Positions 20,887 to 29,750 of a stretch of 64,000 bases of DNA are shown piece by piece. The stretch lies in assembly GCA_965215005.1 (NCBI GenBank), contig CBDCCZ010000054.1, positions 256,001 to 320,000 of the forward strand. The letters are read 5' to 3'. The stretch comes from Kofleriaceae bacterium. GTDB lineage: Bacteria; Myxococcota_A; Polyangia; Haliangiales; Haliangiaceae. Position numbers and translations under genes: made by a program. The notes beneath the pieces were generated by a model. The model searched no databases. It was not told where the DNA came from and saw only the letters and a list, made by a program, of their open reading frames with translations. Position 1 is the stretch's first letter. Every line of letters begins with the position of its first letter.

Positions 20887-22301
20887 ACCAGACCCCGGTG
20901 AAGATAGGTGGCTCGCCAGTGACCAAGGCGCGCACCATCGAGATACGCAATCCGTACAACGACGATGTCGTGGGTATCGTGCCGCAGTGCGACGCTGCCG
21001 ATGTAGACCGCGCGTGTAAAGCGGCGAAAGCGGCACTCGATCGCGATGACTTTCCGCAACATCAACGCGCGGCGGTTCTGGAGCGCGCCGCGGTGCTACT
21101 TCGTAGCCGCATAGAGGAGCTAGCGCGCATCATCATGCGCGAGGGCGGCAAACCGATACGAACCGCGCGCAGCGAGGTCGAACGGTGCGTCGACACTCTC
21201 GTATTCTCGGCGGTCGAAGCGCGCAAGCTCACTGGTGAAATGATCCCAATGGCGGCCAGTGTCTCTGGGGCCGGAAAATTGGCCTTCGCGCTGCGGATTC
21301 CCATTGGGGTCATCGGCGCCATCACGCCATTCAACTTTCCGCTCAACCTCGTGGCCCACAAGCTCGCGCCGGCCATTGCCGCGGGGTGTCCTGTGGTGCT
21401 CAAGCCGGCACCGCAGACGCCCCTGACCGCGCTGGCGCTCGTCGACCTGTTGTTCGAGGCTGGCTTGCCGCAGGACTGGATTTCTACCGTCACCGATGGT
21501 GGCAAAGAGGCAGGCGAGCCGCTGGTCGAGCACGACATCCCCAAGATGATCACGTTTACCGGTAGCGCTCCGGTGGGCTGGATGATCGCCAGTAAAGCCG
21601 CTAAGAAGCGCGTCTCGCTCGAGCTTGGCTCCAACTCGCCGCTCATCGTCGAGCCAGACGGCGACGTCGACACCGTCATCAAGAAGCTCGGAGCTGCGGC
21701 GTTCGGCAACGCCGGCCAGAGCTGCATCTCGGTTCAGCGCCTGTTGGTGCACGAAAGCATTTGCGCGCCGTTCACCGATAAGCTCATCGCCGCGATGCGC
21801 GGCTTGGTCGTTGGCGACCCGGCTGACGAGAAGACCGATGTGGGCCCGATGATTCGTTCACAAGAGAACGAGCGAGTGGCCGCGTGGCTGCAGGAAGCGG
21901 TGCAGGCAGGGGCCAAGGTACTGCTCGGCGGCAAGCCCGAAGGACGCCTATTTCCGCCCACCGTCGTCGCCGATGCGCCCTCCTCATGCAAGCTCTATCG
22001 CAATGAGGTCTTCGGGCCGGTCCTCCTCGTGAACAGCTATCGATCATTCGATCAGGCCATCGAGATGGCCAATGATAGCGACTTTGGCTTACACGCCGGC
22101 GTCTTTACGCGCAACCTGGGCCGTGCGCTGGAGGCGGCTAAGCGGCTCGAGTTTGGCGGCGTGTTGATCAATGAGGTGCCGACCTTTCGCGCCGATCAGC
22201 AGCCGTACGGCGGCGTCGCAGATGCAGGCAACACCCGCGAGGGCCCCGCTTATACAGTTGCCGAAATGACGGAGCTGCGCTTCGTGAGCTTGCAGGCGTG
22301 A
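20883..22301 (+). CDS. NAD(P)-dependent aldehyde dehydrogenase
   Basis: ITPFNFP, FTGS, LELGSN, GQSCIS, EVFGP; ATG at 20883 overlaps the amidase stop. Confidence 0.95.
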   Translation: MNQTPVKIGGSPVTKARTIEIRNPYNDDVVGIVPQCDAADVDRACKAAKAALDRDDFPQHQRAAVLERAAVLLRSRIEELARIIMREGGKPIRTARSEVERCVDTLVFSAVEARKLTGEMIPMAASVSGAGKLAFALRIPIGVIGAITPFNFPLNLVAHKLAPAIAAGCPVVLKPAPQTPLTALALVDLLFEAGLPQDWISTVTDGGKEAGEPLVEHDIPKMITFTGSAPVGWMIASKAAKKRVSLELGSNSPLIVEPDGDVDTVIKKLGAAAFGNAGQSCISVQRLLVHESICAPFTDKLIAAMRGLVVGDPADEKTDVGPMIRSQENERVAAWLQEAVQAGAKVLLGGKPEGRLFPPTVVADAPSSCKLYRNEVFGPVLLVNSYRSFDQAIEMANDSDFGLHAGVFTRNLGRALEAAKRLEFGGVLINEVPTFRADQQPYGGVADAGNTREGPAYTVAEMTELRFVSLQA

Positions 22302-22308
22302 CCGTGCG

Positions 22309-22341
22309 CGAGCGGACGCCTCGTTTGCGGACGTCCGCTCG
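22309..22341. terminator. Hairpin between convergent genes
   Basis: CGAGCGGACG ... CGTCCGCTCG 10-bp stem. Confidence 0.55.
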
Positions 22342-22349
22342 GCCCGTGC

Positions 22350-22706
22350 TCAGTATGCTTCGCCCGGGGCGCCGCCATACAGGCCTTCGCCGCAGTACAC
22401 GCTGACCTCGCGAAACTCGACCAGCGGCACCACAAAGAAGGTGAGCGAGTTGATCACGCTGCCGACCACGCTGTTGAGAAAGCTCGTGCGGTCGACGAGC
22501 AACGCCGGCTCACCGTAGCTTGCGCACGCCAAATCGAGGTCGACTTCCTCTGCCTCGATGATTCCGTAGATGAGTGCAATGTGCCAGTGCTCGTCGTAAC
22601 GCTGCGAACGCGCCTGCGGTTGTGCGTTCAGGTGATACACTGTTTTGTAGCAAGCAGTTGACGACAGGATGAGCACTGTCAGAGCAAGAGTGATGCTGGT
22701 CCTCAT
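22350..22706 (-). CDS. Bor/Iss-like lipoprotein
   Basis: STAC lipobox, LIYGII, DLACA, SFLNSVV, REVSVYC. Confidence 0.7.
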   Translation of the reverse strand: MRTSITLALTVLILSSTACYKTVYHLNAQPQARSQRYDEHWHIALIYGIIEAEEVDLDLACASYGEPALLVDRTSFLNSVVGSVINSLTFFVVPLVEFREVSVYCGEGLYGGAPGEAY

Positions 22707-23047
22707 CGCCCTCGCTCCCCGAAGGTATCCACGGCGCAGGTTACCGTGGTGGTGCGCGGCGCATACAACCCAAGGGTGATGAGCGTCAGGACCGTGTCGA
22801 GCGGCGTCTCGCGCGAGAAGATCTTGGCGACGCCTGGGGCGCCGCAGTCACGGCCCGCCCACACGTGCTCCTCACCAATCAGCCCCCAGAGAAAAAAGTG
22901 CAAGTCGTATTCGATTTGCCGATACGACTGCACTTTGTGAGGTGCGCGATAGGTGAGGCGCGAGCAGCCGAGGAGCCCCCAAGCCATCGCCAGCACGATG
23001 ATGACGGAAGCGAGCTGGCGGCGAGACGAACGAACGGACGAACACAT
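22703..23047 (-). CDS. Bor/Iss family lipoprotein
   Basis: LLGC lipobox, HFFLWGLIG, C, ITLGLYAPRTTTVTC. Confidence 0.8.
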   Translation of the reverse strand: MCSSVRSSRRQLASVIIVLAMAWGLLGCSRLTYRAPHKVQSYRQIEYDLHFFLWGLIGEEHVWAGRDCGAPGVAKIFSRETPLDTVLTLITLGLYAPRTTTVTCAVDTFGERGR

Positions 23048-23185
23048 GGGTTAGCCTCCTCGGCCAGATGACCTTTCGCAGGAGATTCATCGAGCAGCAT
23101 AGACGGCATCACAGGATGCCGTCACCCCCCCTTCTGCTCGTTCGTGACGAACGACGCATGCCGCCCCAACCCGACACGATGTAGG

Positions 23186-24457
23186 TCACGCTGTTGCGTT
23201 TAGCGCCTCTTCGAAGATAGCAACGGCGGTATCGACTTGGTCTTTGGTGACCACCAGCGGCGGCAGCCAGCGCGCGACGTTGCCAAAGGCCCCGCAGCGC
23301 AACATGAGAAGTCCGCGCCGCTCGACCTCCTCTAGTAGCTTTGCGGTGCGGTCGCCATCGGGTTTACCGCTCGCATCGACCATCCAAGTGCCGAGCATCA
23401 AGCCCTTGCCGCGGATGTGGCCGATGGCGCCGTGCTGCTTCTGCAGCTCGATGAGCCGCGCACGCAGATGCGCCCCCATCCGCTCGGCGTTCTCCACCAG
23501 CTTCTCCTCGCGGATGACGCGAAGCGTGGCTACCGCCGCCGCGGAGGCCACTGCGTTGCCACCGTAGGTGCCGCCCTGCGAGCCCATCCAACCCTTAGCC
23601 ATCAGCTCTTCACGCGCGCCGAATGCCGACAATGGAAAGCCGCTCGCGAGTCCCTTGGCGGTGATGACAATGTCCGGTTGGGCATCGAAGTGCTCGTGTC
23701 CCCAGAACTTGCCGGTCCGGCCGTAGCCGGCTTGGACCTCATCGAGAACCAGCAGAATACCGTGCTCGTCGCAGCGCTCGCGCAGGCCAGCCAGGAAGGC
23801 GGCATTGGCGGGCGTGTAGCCGCCCTCGCCTTGAATGGGCTCGATGAAGAATGCCGCTGTCTCGTTGGGAGCGCAGTAGGTCATAAAGATGCGATCGAGC
23901 TCGCGCAGACAGAACTCGGTCGTGGTTGCTTCATCCCAACCGTAGTGAAATGGATCGGGGAACGGCGCCACGATCACGCCACCCATTAGCGGCTGCAAGC
24001 CGGCGCGCAGCTTTACGCTCGAGGTCGTCATCGACAATGCGCCGACGGTACGGCCGTGAAACGAGCCGTGGAACACGATGAGGTTCGGCCTTCCGGTCGC
24101 GTGTCGACAAAGTCGCATGGCGGCCTCTACAGCCTCGGTTCCGGCGCTGGCGAAGAAGAACCGGTCGATGGGGCTCGGCATCACCTCCGCGAGCCCCGCG
24201 CTCAGCTCCTTGAGCTTGGGATGCATGACAGTGGTGTATTGCCCATGGATCAAGTTGCCGGCTTGCTCGCGCGCGGCCGCGACGACCGCCGGATGGCAGT
24301 GGCCGGTGCTGGTCACGCCGATACCCGACGTAAAGTCCAGATAGCGCTTGTCCTCAGGGTCAAAAAGATAACAACCCTCGCCGCGCACCGCCGTGACTCG
24401 ACTCGATTGTTTGAGCAGCGGCGAAAGTTGTCCATCTCGTGTCGATGCAGTTCCCAT
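23186..24457 (-). CDS. Class III (omega-amino) PLP aminotransferase, GABA/diaminobutyrate transaminase-like
   Basis: YLDFTSGIGV...GHCHP, SFHGRT, EPIQGEGG, DEVQAGYGRTG, AKGLASG, GGTYGGN; start chosen at ATG 24457. Confidence 0.92.
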   Translation of the reverse strand: MGTASTRDGQLSPLLKQSSRVTAVRGEGCYLFDPEDKRYLDFTSGIGVTSTGHCHPAVVAAAREQAGNLIHGQYTTVMHPKLKELSAGLAEVMPSPIDRFFFASAGTEAVEAAMRLCRHATGRPNLIVFHGSFHGRTVGALSMTTSSVKLRAGLQPLMGGVIVAPFPDPFHYGWDEATTTEFCLRELDRIFMTYCAPNETAAFFIEPIQGEGGYTPANAAFLAGLRERCDEHGILLVLDEVQAGYGRTGKFWGHEHFDAQPDIVITAKGLASGFPLSAFGAREELMAKGWMGSQGGTYGGNAVASAAAVATLRVIREEKLVENAERMGAHLRARLIELQKQHGAIGHIRGKGLMLGTWMVDASGKPDGDRTAKLLEEVERRGLLMLRCGAFGNVARWLPPLVVTKDQVDTAVAIFEEALNATA

Positions 24458-24488
24458 GCAACGAGCATCCCTCGCTGCCGAGTCTCGA

Positions 24489-25658
24489 TCAACCCGAGCG
24501 GTGCAGCGCTCCGAGAATCGACTCAGCGATCGCTGCGGTGGTGCGCCGCGCCTGGCCATGCTGGCGCAGGTCCTCTGCGACGGCTGCATGGAGGCGGCGG
24601 GCGGCGCTGGCTGCCCGAGGATCTTCTTGCCCCATCCAATCGAGCATCATGGCAGTGGTTAGTAGCATCGCTCGGGGATCGGCGATGTCCTGACCGACGA
24701 TATCCGGCGCGCTGCCGTGAGTCGGCTCGAACATGGGTGGCCGCGAGCGGTCGGATGGATTGATGTTGCAGGATGGCGCAACGCCCATGCCTCCACACAA
24801 AACCGCCGCGAGGTCCGTGAGAATGTCACCTTGCAAGTTGCTTGCAACGACGACGTCGAACATCCATGGGCTGGCGACGAACTTCATGCACGCTGCATCG
24901 ACCAACTCATGATGAGTGGCGATATCTGGATAGTTCTTGGCAACCTCGGCAAAGACCTCAGTCCACATCTGGCCCCAGTAGGCAAGGGCGTTTCGCTTGG
25001 TCACAAGACACACTTGTGCTGCCGCATCGCTGCCAGCGGCGGTGCGGAACTGGCGTGGGCGTCGTGCTCCGGCCGCACGCTCTGCGGCACGCTGTCGGGC
25101 ACGCTCGAAGGCGTGAGTAAAAATTCGCTCGGCGCCGCGGCGCGTAAACACTTCCACCTGCGTGGCGAGCTCAGCAGGGCTGCCTACGCCCACGCGACCG
25201 CCCTGGCCGATGTATTCGCCTTCGCTGTTTTCGCGAATCACCAGTAAGTCGAGCTCGCCGGCGCGTGGATCGGCGAGATATTGCCGCGCGCCTTCGATGG
25301 TGATAGCCGGACGCTCGCATGCCCATAAGTCGAACCCCTGGCGAATCTCGAGCAGCGGCGCCAGCGAAACACCATCTGTCAACCGAAAGCGGTCGGTGGC
25401 GGTGAGCGGCCCGGGATCGCCGAGGGCGCCCAGCAGCAGCGCATCGTACTGCGCCAGCTGCGCTTTCCAGTCGCCGGGCATGCCCGCGCCGTTCTCGGCA
25501 TAGTATGCGGTGGACGGCCACGCGAGCTCAGTGAGCTGCAAGCGCAGCTCGCCGAGCGCCGCGAGCGCGTCCGCGGCAACGCGCATCACCTCGGGACCGA
25601 TGCCATCTCCCGGCGCGAGCGCGATCTTCCATTGGCTACGTGCGGCGCTCTCGACCAT
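24489..25658 (-). CDS. Decarboxylating dehydrogenase of the isocitrate/isopropylmalate family, tartrate/D-malate dehydrogenase-like
   Basis: GDGIGPEV, RENSEGEY, FDVVVASNLQGDILTDL, APSCNINP, FEPTHGSAPDI. Confidence 0.85.
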   Translation of the reverse strand: MVESAARSQWKIALAPGDGIGPEVMRVAADALAALGELRLQLTELAWPSTAYYAENGAGMPGDWKAQLAQYDALLLGALGDPGPLTATDRFRLTDGVSLAPLLEIRQGFDLWACERPAITIEGARQYLADPRAGELDLLVIRENSEGEYIGQGGRVGVGSPAELATQVEVFTRRGAERIFTHAFERARQRAAERAAGARRPRQFRTAAGSDAAAQVCLVTKRNALAYWGQMWTEVFAEVAKNYPDIATHHELVDAACMKFVASPWMFDVVVASNLQGDILTDLAAVLCGGMGVAPSCNINPSDRSRPPMFEPTHGSAPDIVGQDIADPRAMLLTTAMMLDWMGQEDPRAASAARRLHAAVAEDLRQHGQARRTTAAIAESILGALHRSG

Positions 25659-25661
25659 GAC

Positions 25662-26060
25662 TCAGTCTTTGATTTCTTCGGCGGCGAGCTCGTACGAGCC
25701 GTCTTTGTTGTGTACTTCGGTGCCGTGTAACGCTGGACTGAACACGCACGCGAGCTCGAGCTCGCTATGAGCGCGCAGCACGTGCTTGTCGTGCTTGTCG
25801 AGCGCATAGATCATACCCGGCGAAATCGGGTGCTTTTCCCCCGTTCGCAGGTCTTCGATCTCGCCCTCGCCCTGGATGCAGTACACCGACTCCAGGTGGT
25901 TTTGGTACCAGAGCTGGAGCTCGGCGCCGCGATAGATGGTGGTGATGTGAAACGAGAAGTTCATCTCGTCGTTCTTGAGAAGGAGTCGCACTGACTCGAA
26001 TCCCTCGGAGGAGATACGGCGTTTGCTTTTCCTGGCTTCTTGAAGACGTCTTACGATCAC
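25662..26060 (-). CDS. ectC: Ectoine synthase (solitary; no ectA/ectB in window)
   Basis: GTG start after [73 protein letters not shown]. Confidence 0.95.
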   Translation of the reverse strand: MIVRRLQEARKSKRRISSEGFESVRLLLKNDEMNFSFHITTIYRGAELQLWYQNHLESVYCIQGEGEIEDLRTGEKHPISPGMIYALDKHDKHVLRAHSELELACVFSPALHGTEVHNKDGSYELAAEEIKD

Positions 26061-26198
26061 GTTGATGCTCCAAACTCTTGGTGAGAAGTACGGAAGGAGA
26101 GGGCAGCCTACCATCTCGTCCGAGGCTTTGCAGGGCAGCGCCATCGCTCGATCGGCTTGCGTTGTCGGTGGTGAGCTGCGAAATTGCCGCCGCTGCTC

Positions 26199-27290
26199 AT
26201 GTACCGATTTCTGCGTCCCTTGCTGTTTCGTCTCGATGCCGAGCGCGCGCATCACTTGGCCACCACAGCGGCGCAGCTCGCGCAGTCGCTGGGCTCGCCG
26301 CTGATTGCGCCGCTGTTTGCGCATCGCGATTCCAAGCTCGTGCAGTCGCTCTGGGAGCTGGAGTTTGCCAATCCGGTCGGTCTGGCGGCGGGATTCGATA
26401 AGAACGCCACGCTGATGCGATTTTGGCAGGAGTTGGGGTTTGGCTTCGTGGAAGTTGGCTCGGTGAGCTCGCGACCATCCCGCGGCAATCCACGGCCGCG
26501 CGCGTTCCGACTGCCTGCCGATCGAGCCCTCATCAATCGCATGGGACTCAACAACGATGGCGCGGATCGCATCGCGCCTCGGCTCGAGCGCGCGCGCCGA
26601 CAGCTTGGCGTGCCGGTAGGCATCAACATCGCCAAGACCCATGATCCTACCATTGTAGAAGATGCCGCCATCCGCGACTTCTGCGAGAGCTTTCGCGTCA
26701 TGTGCGGCCTAGGCGACTACATCGTTCTCAATATCTCGTGTCCCAACACGAGAGAAGGGAAGACGTTCGAGGAGCCGCGCGCTTTGGAGGCGCTCTTGGC
26801 CGCCATCATGGCCGAGCGGGAAGCGCTGCGCTCTGCGGTGCCGGTGCTGATCAAGCTCGGACCTCCCGCCGATGAGGTTGGCGCCCAGACCGCGGAGCTC
26901 GTGGATATCGCTACCGCGCATCGGGTGCATGGATTCGTGGCGACCAACACCGCCAGTGATCGCCATGGACTTGCCAGCGACACCACCACGATCGCGCGTG
27001 CCGGCGCTGGGGGGCTGAGCGGCGCACCACTGGCGGATCGCTCGACGCGCCTGATACGCTTCTTGTATCGCCAAACCGGCGGCACAGTGCCCATCATCGG
27101 AGTGGGCGGCGTGGCCTCCGCGGAGGCTGCCTACGAGAAATTGCGCGCCGGCGCGAGCCTCGTGCAGCTTTACACAGCTCTCGTCTATGAAGGACCCGGC
27201 GTGGTGGGGCGTATCAACCGCGGGCTCGTCGAGCTACTGGAGCGCGACGGCTTCAGCTCGATCGCCGAGGCTACGGGGGTAGACTGCTGA
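26199..27290 (+). CDS. pyrD: Quinone-dependent dihydroorotate dehydrogenase
   Basis: [44 protein letters not shown]. Confidence 0.96.
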   Translation: MYRFLRPLLFRLDAERAHHLATTAAQLAQSLGSPLIAPLFAHRDSKLVQSLWELEFANPVGLAAGFDKNATLMRFWQELGFGFVEVGSVSSRPSRGNPRPRAFRLPADRALINRMGLNNDGADRIAPRLERARRQLGVPVGINIAKTHDPTIVEDAAIRDFCESFRVMCGLGDYIVLNISCPNTREGKTFEEPRALEALLAAIMAEREALRSAVPVLIKLGPPADEVGAQTAELVDIATAHRVHGFVATNTASDRHGLASDTTTIARAGAGGLSGAPLADRSTRLIRFLYRQTGGTVPIIGVGGVASAEAAYEKLRAGASLVQLYTALVYEGPGVVGRINRGLVELLERDGFSSIAEATGVDC

Positions 27291-27367
27291 CGCCGATGGC
27301 AGAGGTTTGCCGATAGAAACAGCGTAACGCAGTCGCGGTCGTGAGCGTGGCCAAGATATAAGCCCTC

Positions 27368-27718
27368 ATGATTCGAATCACGAGTCTTCTCAGTGCCATG
27401 GGGATCTTGATTGCGCTCGCCGCAGGCAGCGGCTGTGGGCGGACCAGATTCCGCGGTGACGCGAGGGTCCCCAACGGTCCATCAGGTTGCGAGGCAATCT
27501 GTGCGGCCTGGGGGATGGACATGGCGGGAATGGTCGCGGTGGGCGGATATTCCACGGCCTGCGTGTGCGAAGTCCCCGGCAAAGAGGTCGCGGTTACTAG
27601 CGTGGCGGCGGCCGTCGTTCCGGCGGTGGCCGGCGTGGTCATGCAGCAGCGTCGCCGAGAGGCGCTGCTGCTGGCGCTGCTGCAACAGCAGGCGATGCAA
27701 GGACAACAGGCGCGCTGA
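27368..27718 (+). CDS. Small Cys-containing hypothetical lipoprotein
   Basis: Signal peptide ending GSGC; GPSGCEAIC...SACVC-like motif; Gln-rich tail. Confidence 0.65.
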   Translation: MIRITSLLSAMGILIALAAGSGCGRTRFRGDARVPNGPSGCEAICAAWGMDMAGMVAVGGYSTACVCEVPGKEVAVTSVAAAVVPAVAGVVMQQRRREALLLALLQQQAMQGQQAR

Positions 27719-27758
27719 CGGTCGCAAACCGGCGGCCGCCGACATATCGTAGCGGCCA

Positions 27759-28703
27759 ATGCCACACTGGATGATCAAGGCCGCCCTGCAGGGGGCGCTC
27801 TCGCGCTTGCCCGAGCCGCAGCGCTGGAATCGCCTGTTTCAGCGTTACGTCACGAAGTCGCTCGACCTCACGGATGAATACTTTCTCGAGAAGTGGCAGC
27901 AGTGTGAGCGACATCTAGAGAATTTCCGCAAACATCACGCGAGCGCGGGTGGCTTCACTGCGCTCGAGCTCGGCACTGGTTGGATGCCCATCACGCCCGT
28001 AGGGCTCGCACTCGGCGGCGCGCGACGGGTGTACACCCTGGATATGCAGAGTCTGGTTCGCAAGCCCCAGGTGCTCGCGGTGCTGCGTGCTTACCAGACG
28101 CATCTGCGCCGGGGAACCATCTCCATGGCCGACCCACTGGCGATGGAGCGGCTGAGCGAGTTGGTCGCGCGGGCACGGCAGCTATCGGTTCGCGAGATGC
28201 TCGCGGCGCTGGGCATCGAGACGCTGGTGGCCGACGCGCGGCGCGCGCCGCTCGCAGACCAGTCCGTGGATTTGTTCCTCTCGAACAACACGCTCGAGCA
28301 TATTCCCGGCGAGGTCATCGGCGACATTTTTCGCGAGTTCCGCCGCATGGCTTCTAGCGGCGCGATCATGAGCCATTTCATCGATATGACTGACCACTAC
28401 ACCACGTTCGATAGCTCGATCAGTGTGTACAACTTCTTGCAGTTCTCCGAGCGCCGCTGGTCGCTGTTCAACAACGAGTTGCAGTATCAAAACCGCCTGC
28501 GGTTGCCGGATTTTCGCGAGCTCCACCAAAAGACGGGCTGGGTCGTCGAAGAAGAAGATAATTACGCTGAGCCGCCCGAGGCGCTGCACGGCCTCGAGCT
28601 GGCGGAGGAATTTGCGCATTACGACGAAGCGGAGCTGCGCGTGTATGCCAGCTGGATGGTGTCGCGCCGTCCAAATGAATCCAGCCCCGACCGCACCGCA
28701 TAA
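27759..28703 (+). CDS. Class I SAM-dependent methyltransferase
   Basis: LELGTGW, SVDLFLSNNTLEHIP, HFIDMTDH, YQNRLR. Confidence 0.85.
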   Translation: MPHWMIKAALQGALSRLPEPQRWNRLFQRYVTKSLDLTDEYFLEKWQQCERHLENFRKHHASAGGFTALELGTGWMPITPVGLALGGARRVYTLDMQSLVRKPQVLAVLRAYQTHLRRGTISMADPLAMERLSELVARARQLSVREMLAALGIETLVADARRAPLADQSVDLFLSNNTLEHIPGEVIGDIFREFRRMASSGAIMSHFIDMTDHYTTFDSSISVYNFLQFSERRWSLFNNELQYQNRLRLPDFRELHQKTGWVVEEEDNYAEPPEALHGLELAEEFAHYDEAELRVYASWMVSRRPNESSPDRTA

Positions 28704-28771
28704 AACCCCTGCGAGGTACCCGTCGCTGCGCTTGCGGCGGTCCGCGGGTCCTCGAATATCGAGACATCACC

Positions 28772-29665
28772 ATGATTTCTGAGCTATTTCGTTCCGAGCG
28801 TTGGCGCCAGGTTCCTGGCTTCTCCTTTGCCGATATCACCTATCACCGCGCTATCGATCAAGGAACGGTGCGCATCGCATTCCACCGCCCCGAAGTTCGC
28901 AATGCGTTCCGCCCCAAGACCGTTGATGAGCTCTACACGGCTCTAGAGCATGCGCGCACCACCAGCGACGTCGCTTGCGTACTGCTTACCGGCAATGGTC
29001 CGTCGCCCAAAGATGGCGGTTGGGCGTTCTGCTCGGGCGGCGATCAACGGATCCGCGGCGCCGATGGCTATAAGTACGAAGGTGCCGAAGGCGTGCCTGA
29101 TCCGGCCCGCCTCGGGCGCTTGCACATTCTCGAGGTGCAGCGACTGATCCGCTTCATGCCCAAAGTGGTCATTGCGGTCGTTCCTGGATGGGCGGTTGGT
29201 GGTGGCCACAGCTTGCACGTGGTTTGCGATTTGACGCTTGCCTCGAAAGAGCATGGCATCTTCAAGCAGACCGATGCTGACGTCGCCAGCTTTGACTCGG
29301 GCTACGGCTCAGCGCTGTTGGCGCGCCAGGTTGGGCAGAAGCGCGCTCGGGAGATCTTCTTCCTTGGTGCAGACTACAGCGCCGAAGAAGCCTTTGAGAT
29401 GGGAATGGTGAATCGCGCCGTGCCGCATGCGCAGCTCGAAGAGGTCGCTTTGGACTGGGCGCGGGAGATTGGCACCAAGAGCCCAACGGCCATTCGCATG
29501 CTCAAGTACGGCTTCAATCTTCCCGATGATGGAATGGTCGGCCAGCAGCTCTTTGCAGGCGAAGCCACCCGTCTCGCCTACGGCACGGAAGAAGCGCAAG
29601 AAGGTCGCGACGCCTTCGTGCAGAAACGCGCCCGCGACTTCACTCGCTTTCCTTGGCGCTATTGA
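28772..29665 (+). CDS. menB: 1,4-dihydroxy-2-naphthoyl-CoA synthase
   Basis: RPEVRNAFRP, AFCSGGDQ, GGGHSLHVVCD, SFDSGYGS, EAQEGRDAF. Confidence 0.95.
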   Translation: MISELFRSERWRQVPGFSFADITYHRAIDQGTVRIAFHRPEVRNAFRPKTVDELYTALEHARTTSDVACVLLTGNGPSPKDGGWAFCSGGDQRIRGADGYKYEGAEGVPDPARLGRLHILEVQRLIRFMPKVVIAVVPGWAVGGGHSLHVVCDLTLASKEHGIFKQTDADVASFDSGYGSALLARQVGQKRAREIFFLGADYSAEEAFEMGMVNRAVPHAQLEEVALDWAREIGTKSPTAIRMLKYGFNLPDDGMVGQQLFAGEATRLAYGTEEAQEGRDAFVQKRARDFTRFPWRY

Positions 29666-29750
29666 GGAAACCGCGCTCTAAGCCCGCCTCAGATTCCACC
29701 TCGCGAGAGCACCGGTGGAATCGCGCGGGTAAATGCCGCATCATGCGTGC

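Noticed and set aside
23186..26060. Canonical ectABC biosynthesis operon
   Set aside because: No EctA acetyltransferase; the aminotransferase lacks the EctB-type N-terminus (ESxVRSY); gene order and partners differ.
25662..26642. 326-aa ORF as an N-terminally extended EctC fusion
   Set aside because: The extension is antisense to pyrD; the real start is GTG 26060 with a GGAG RBS and the typical MIVR N-terminus.
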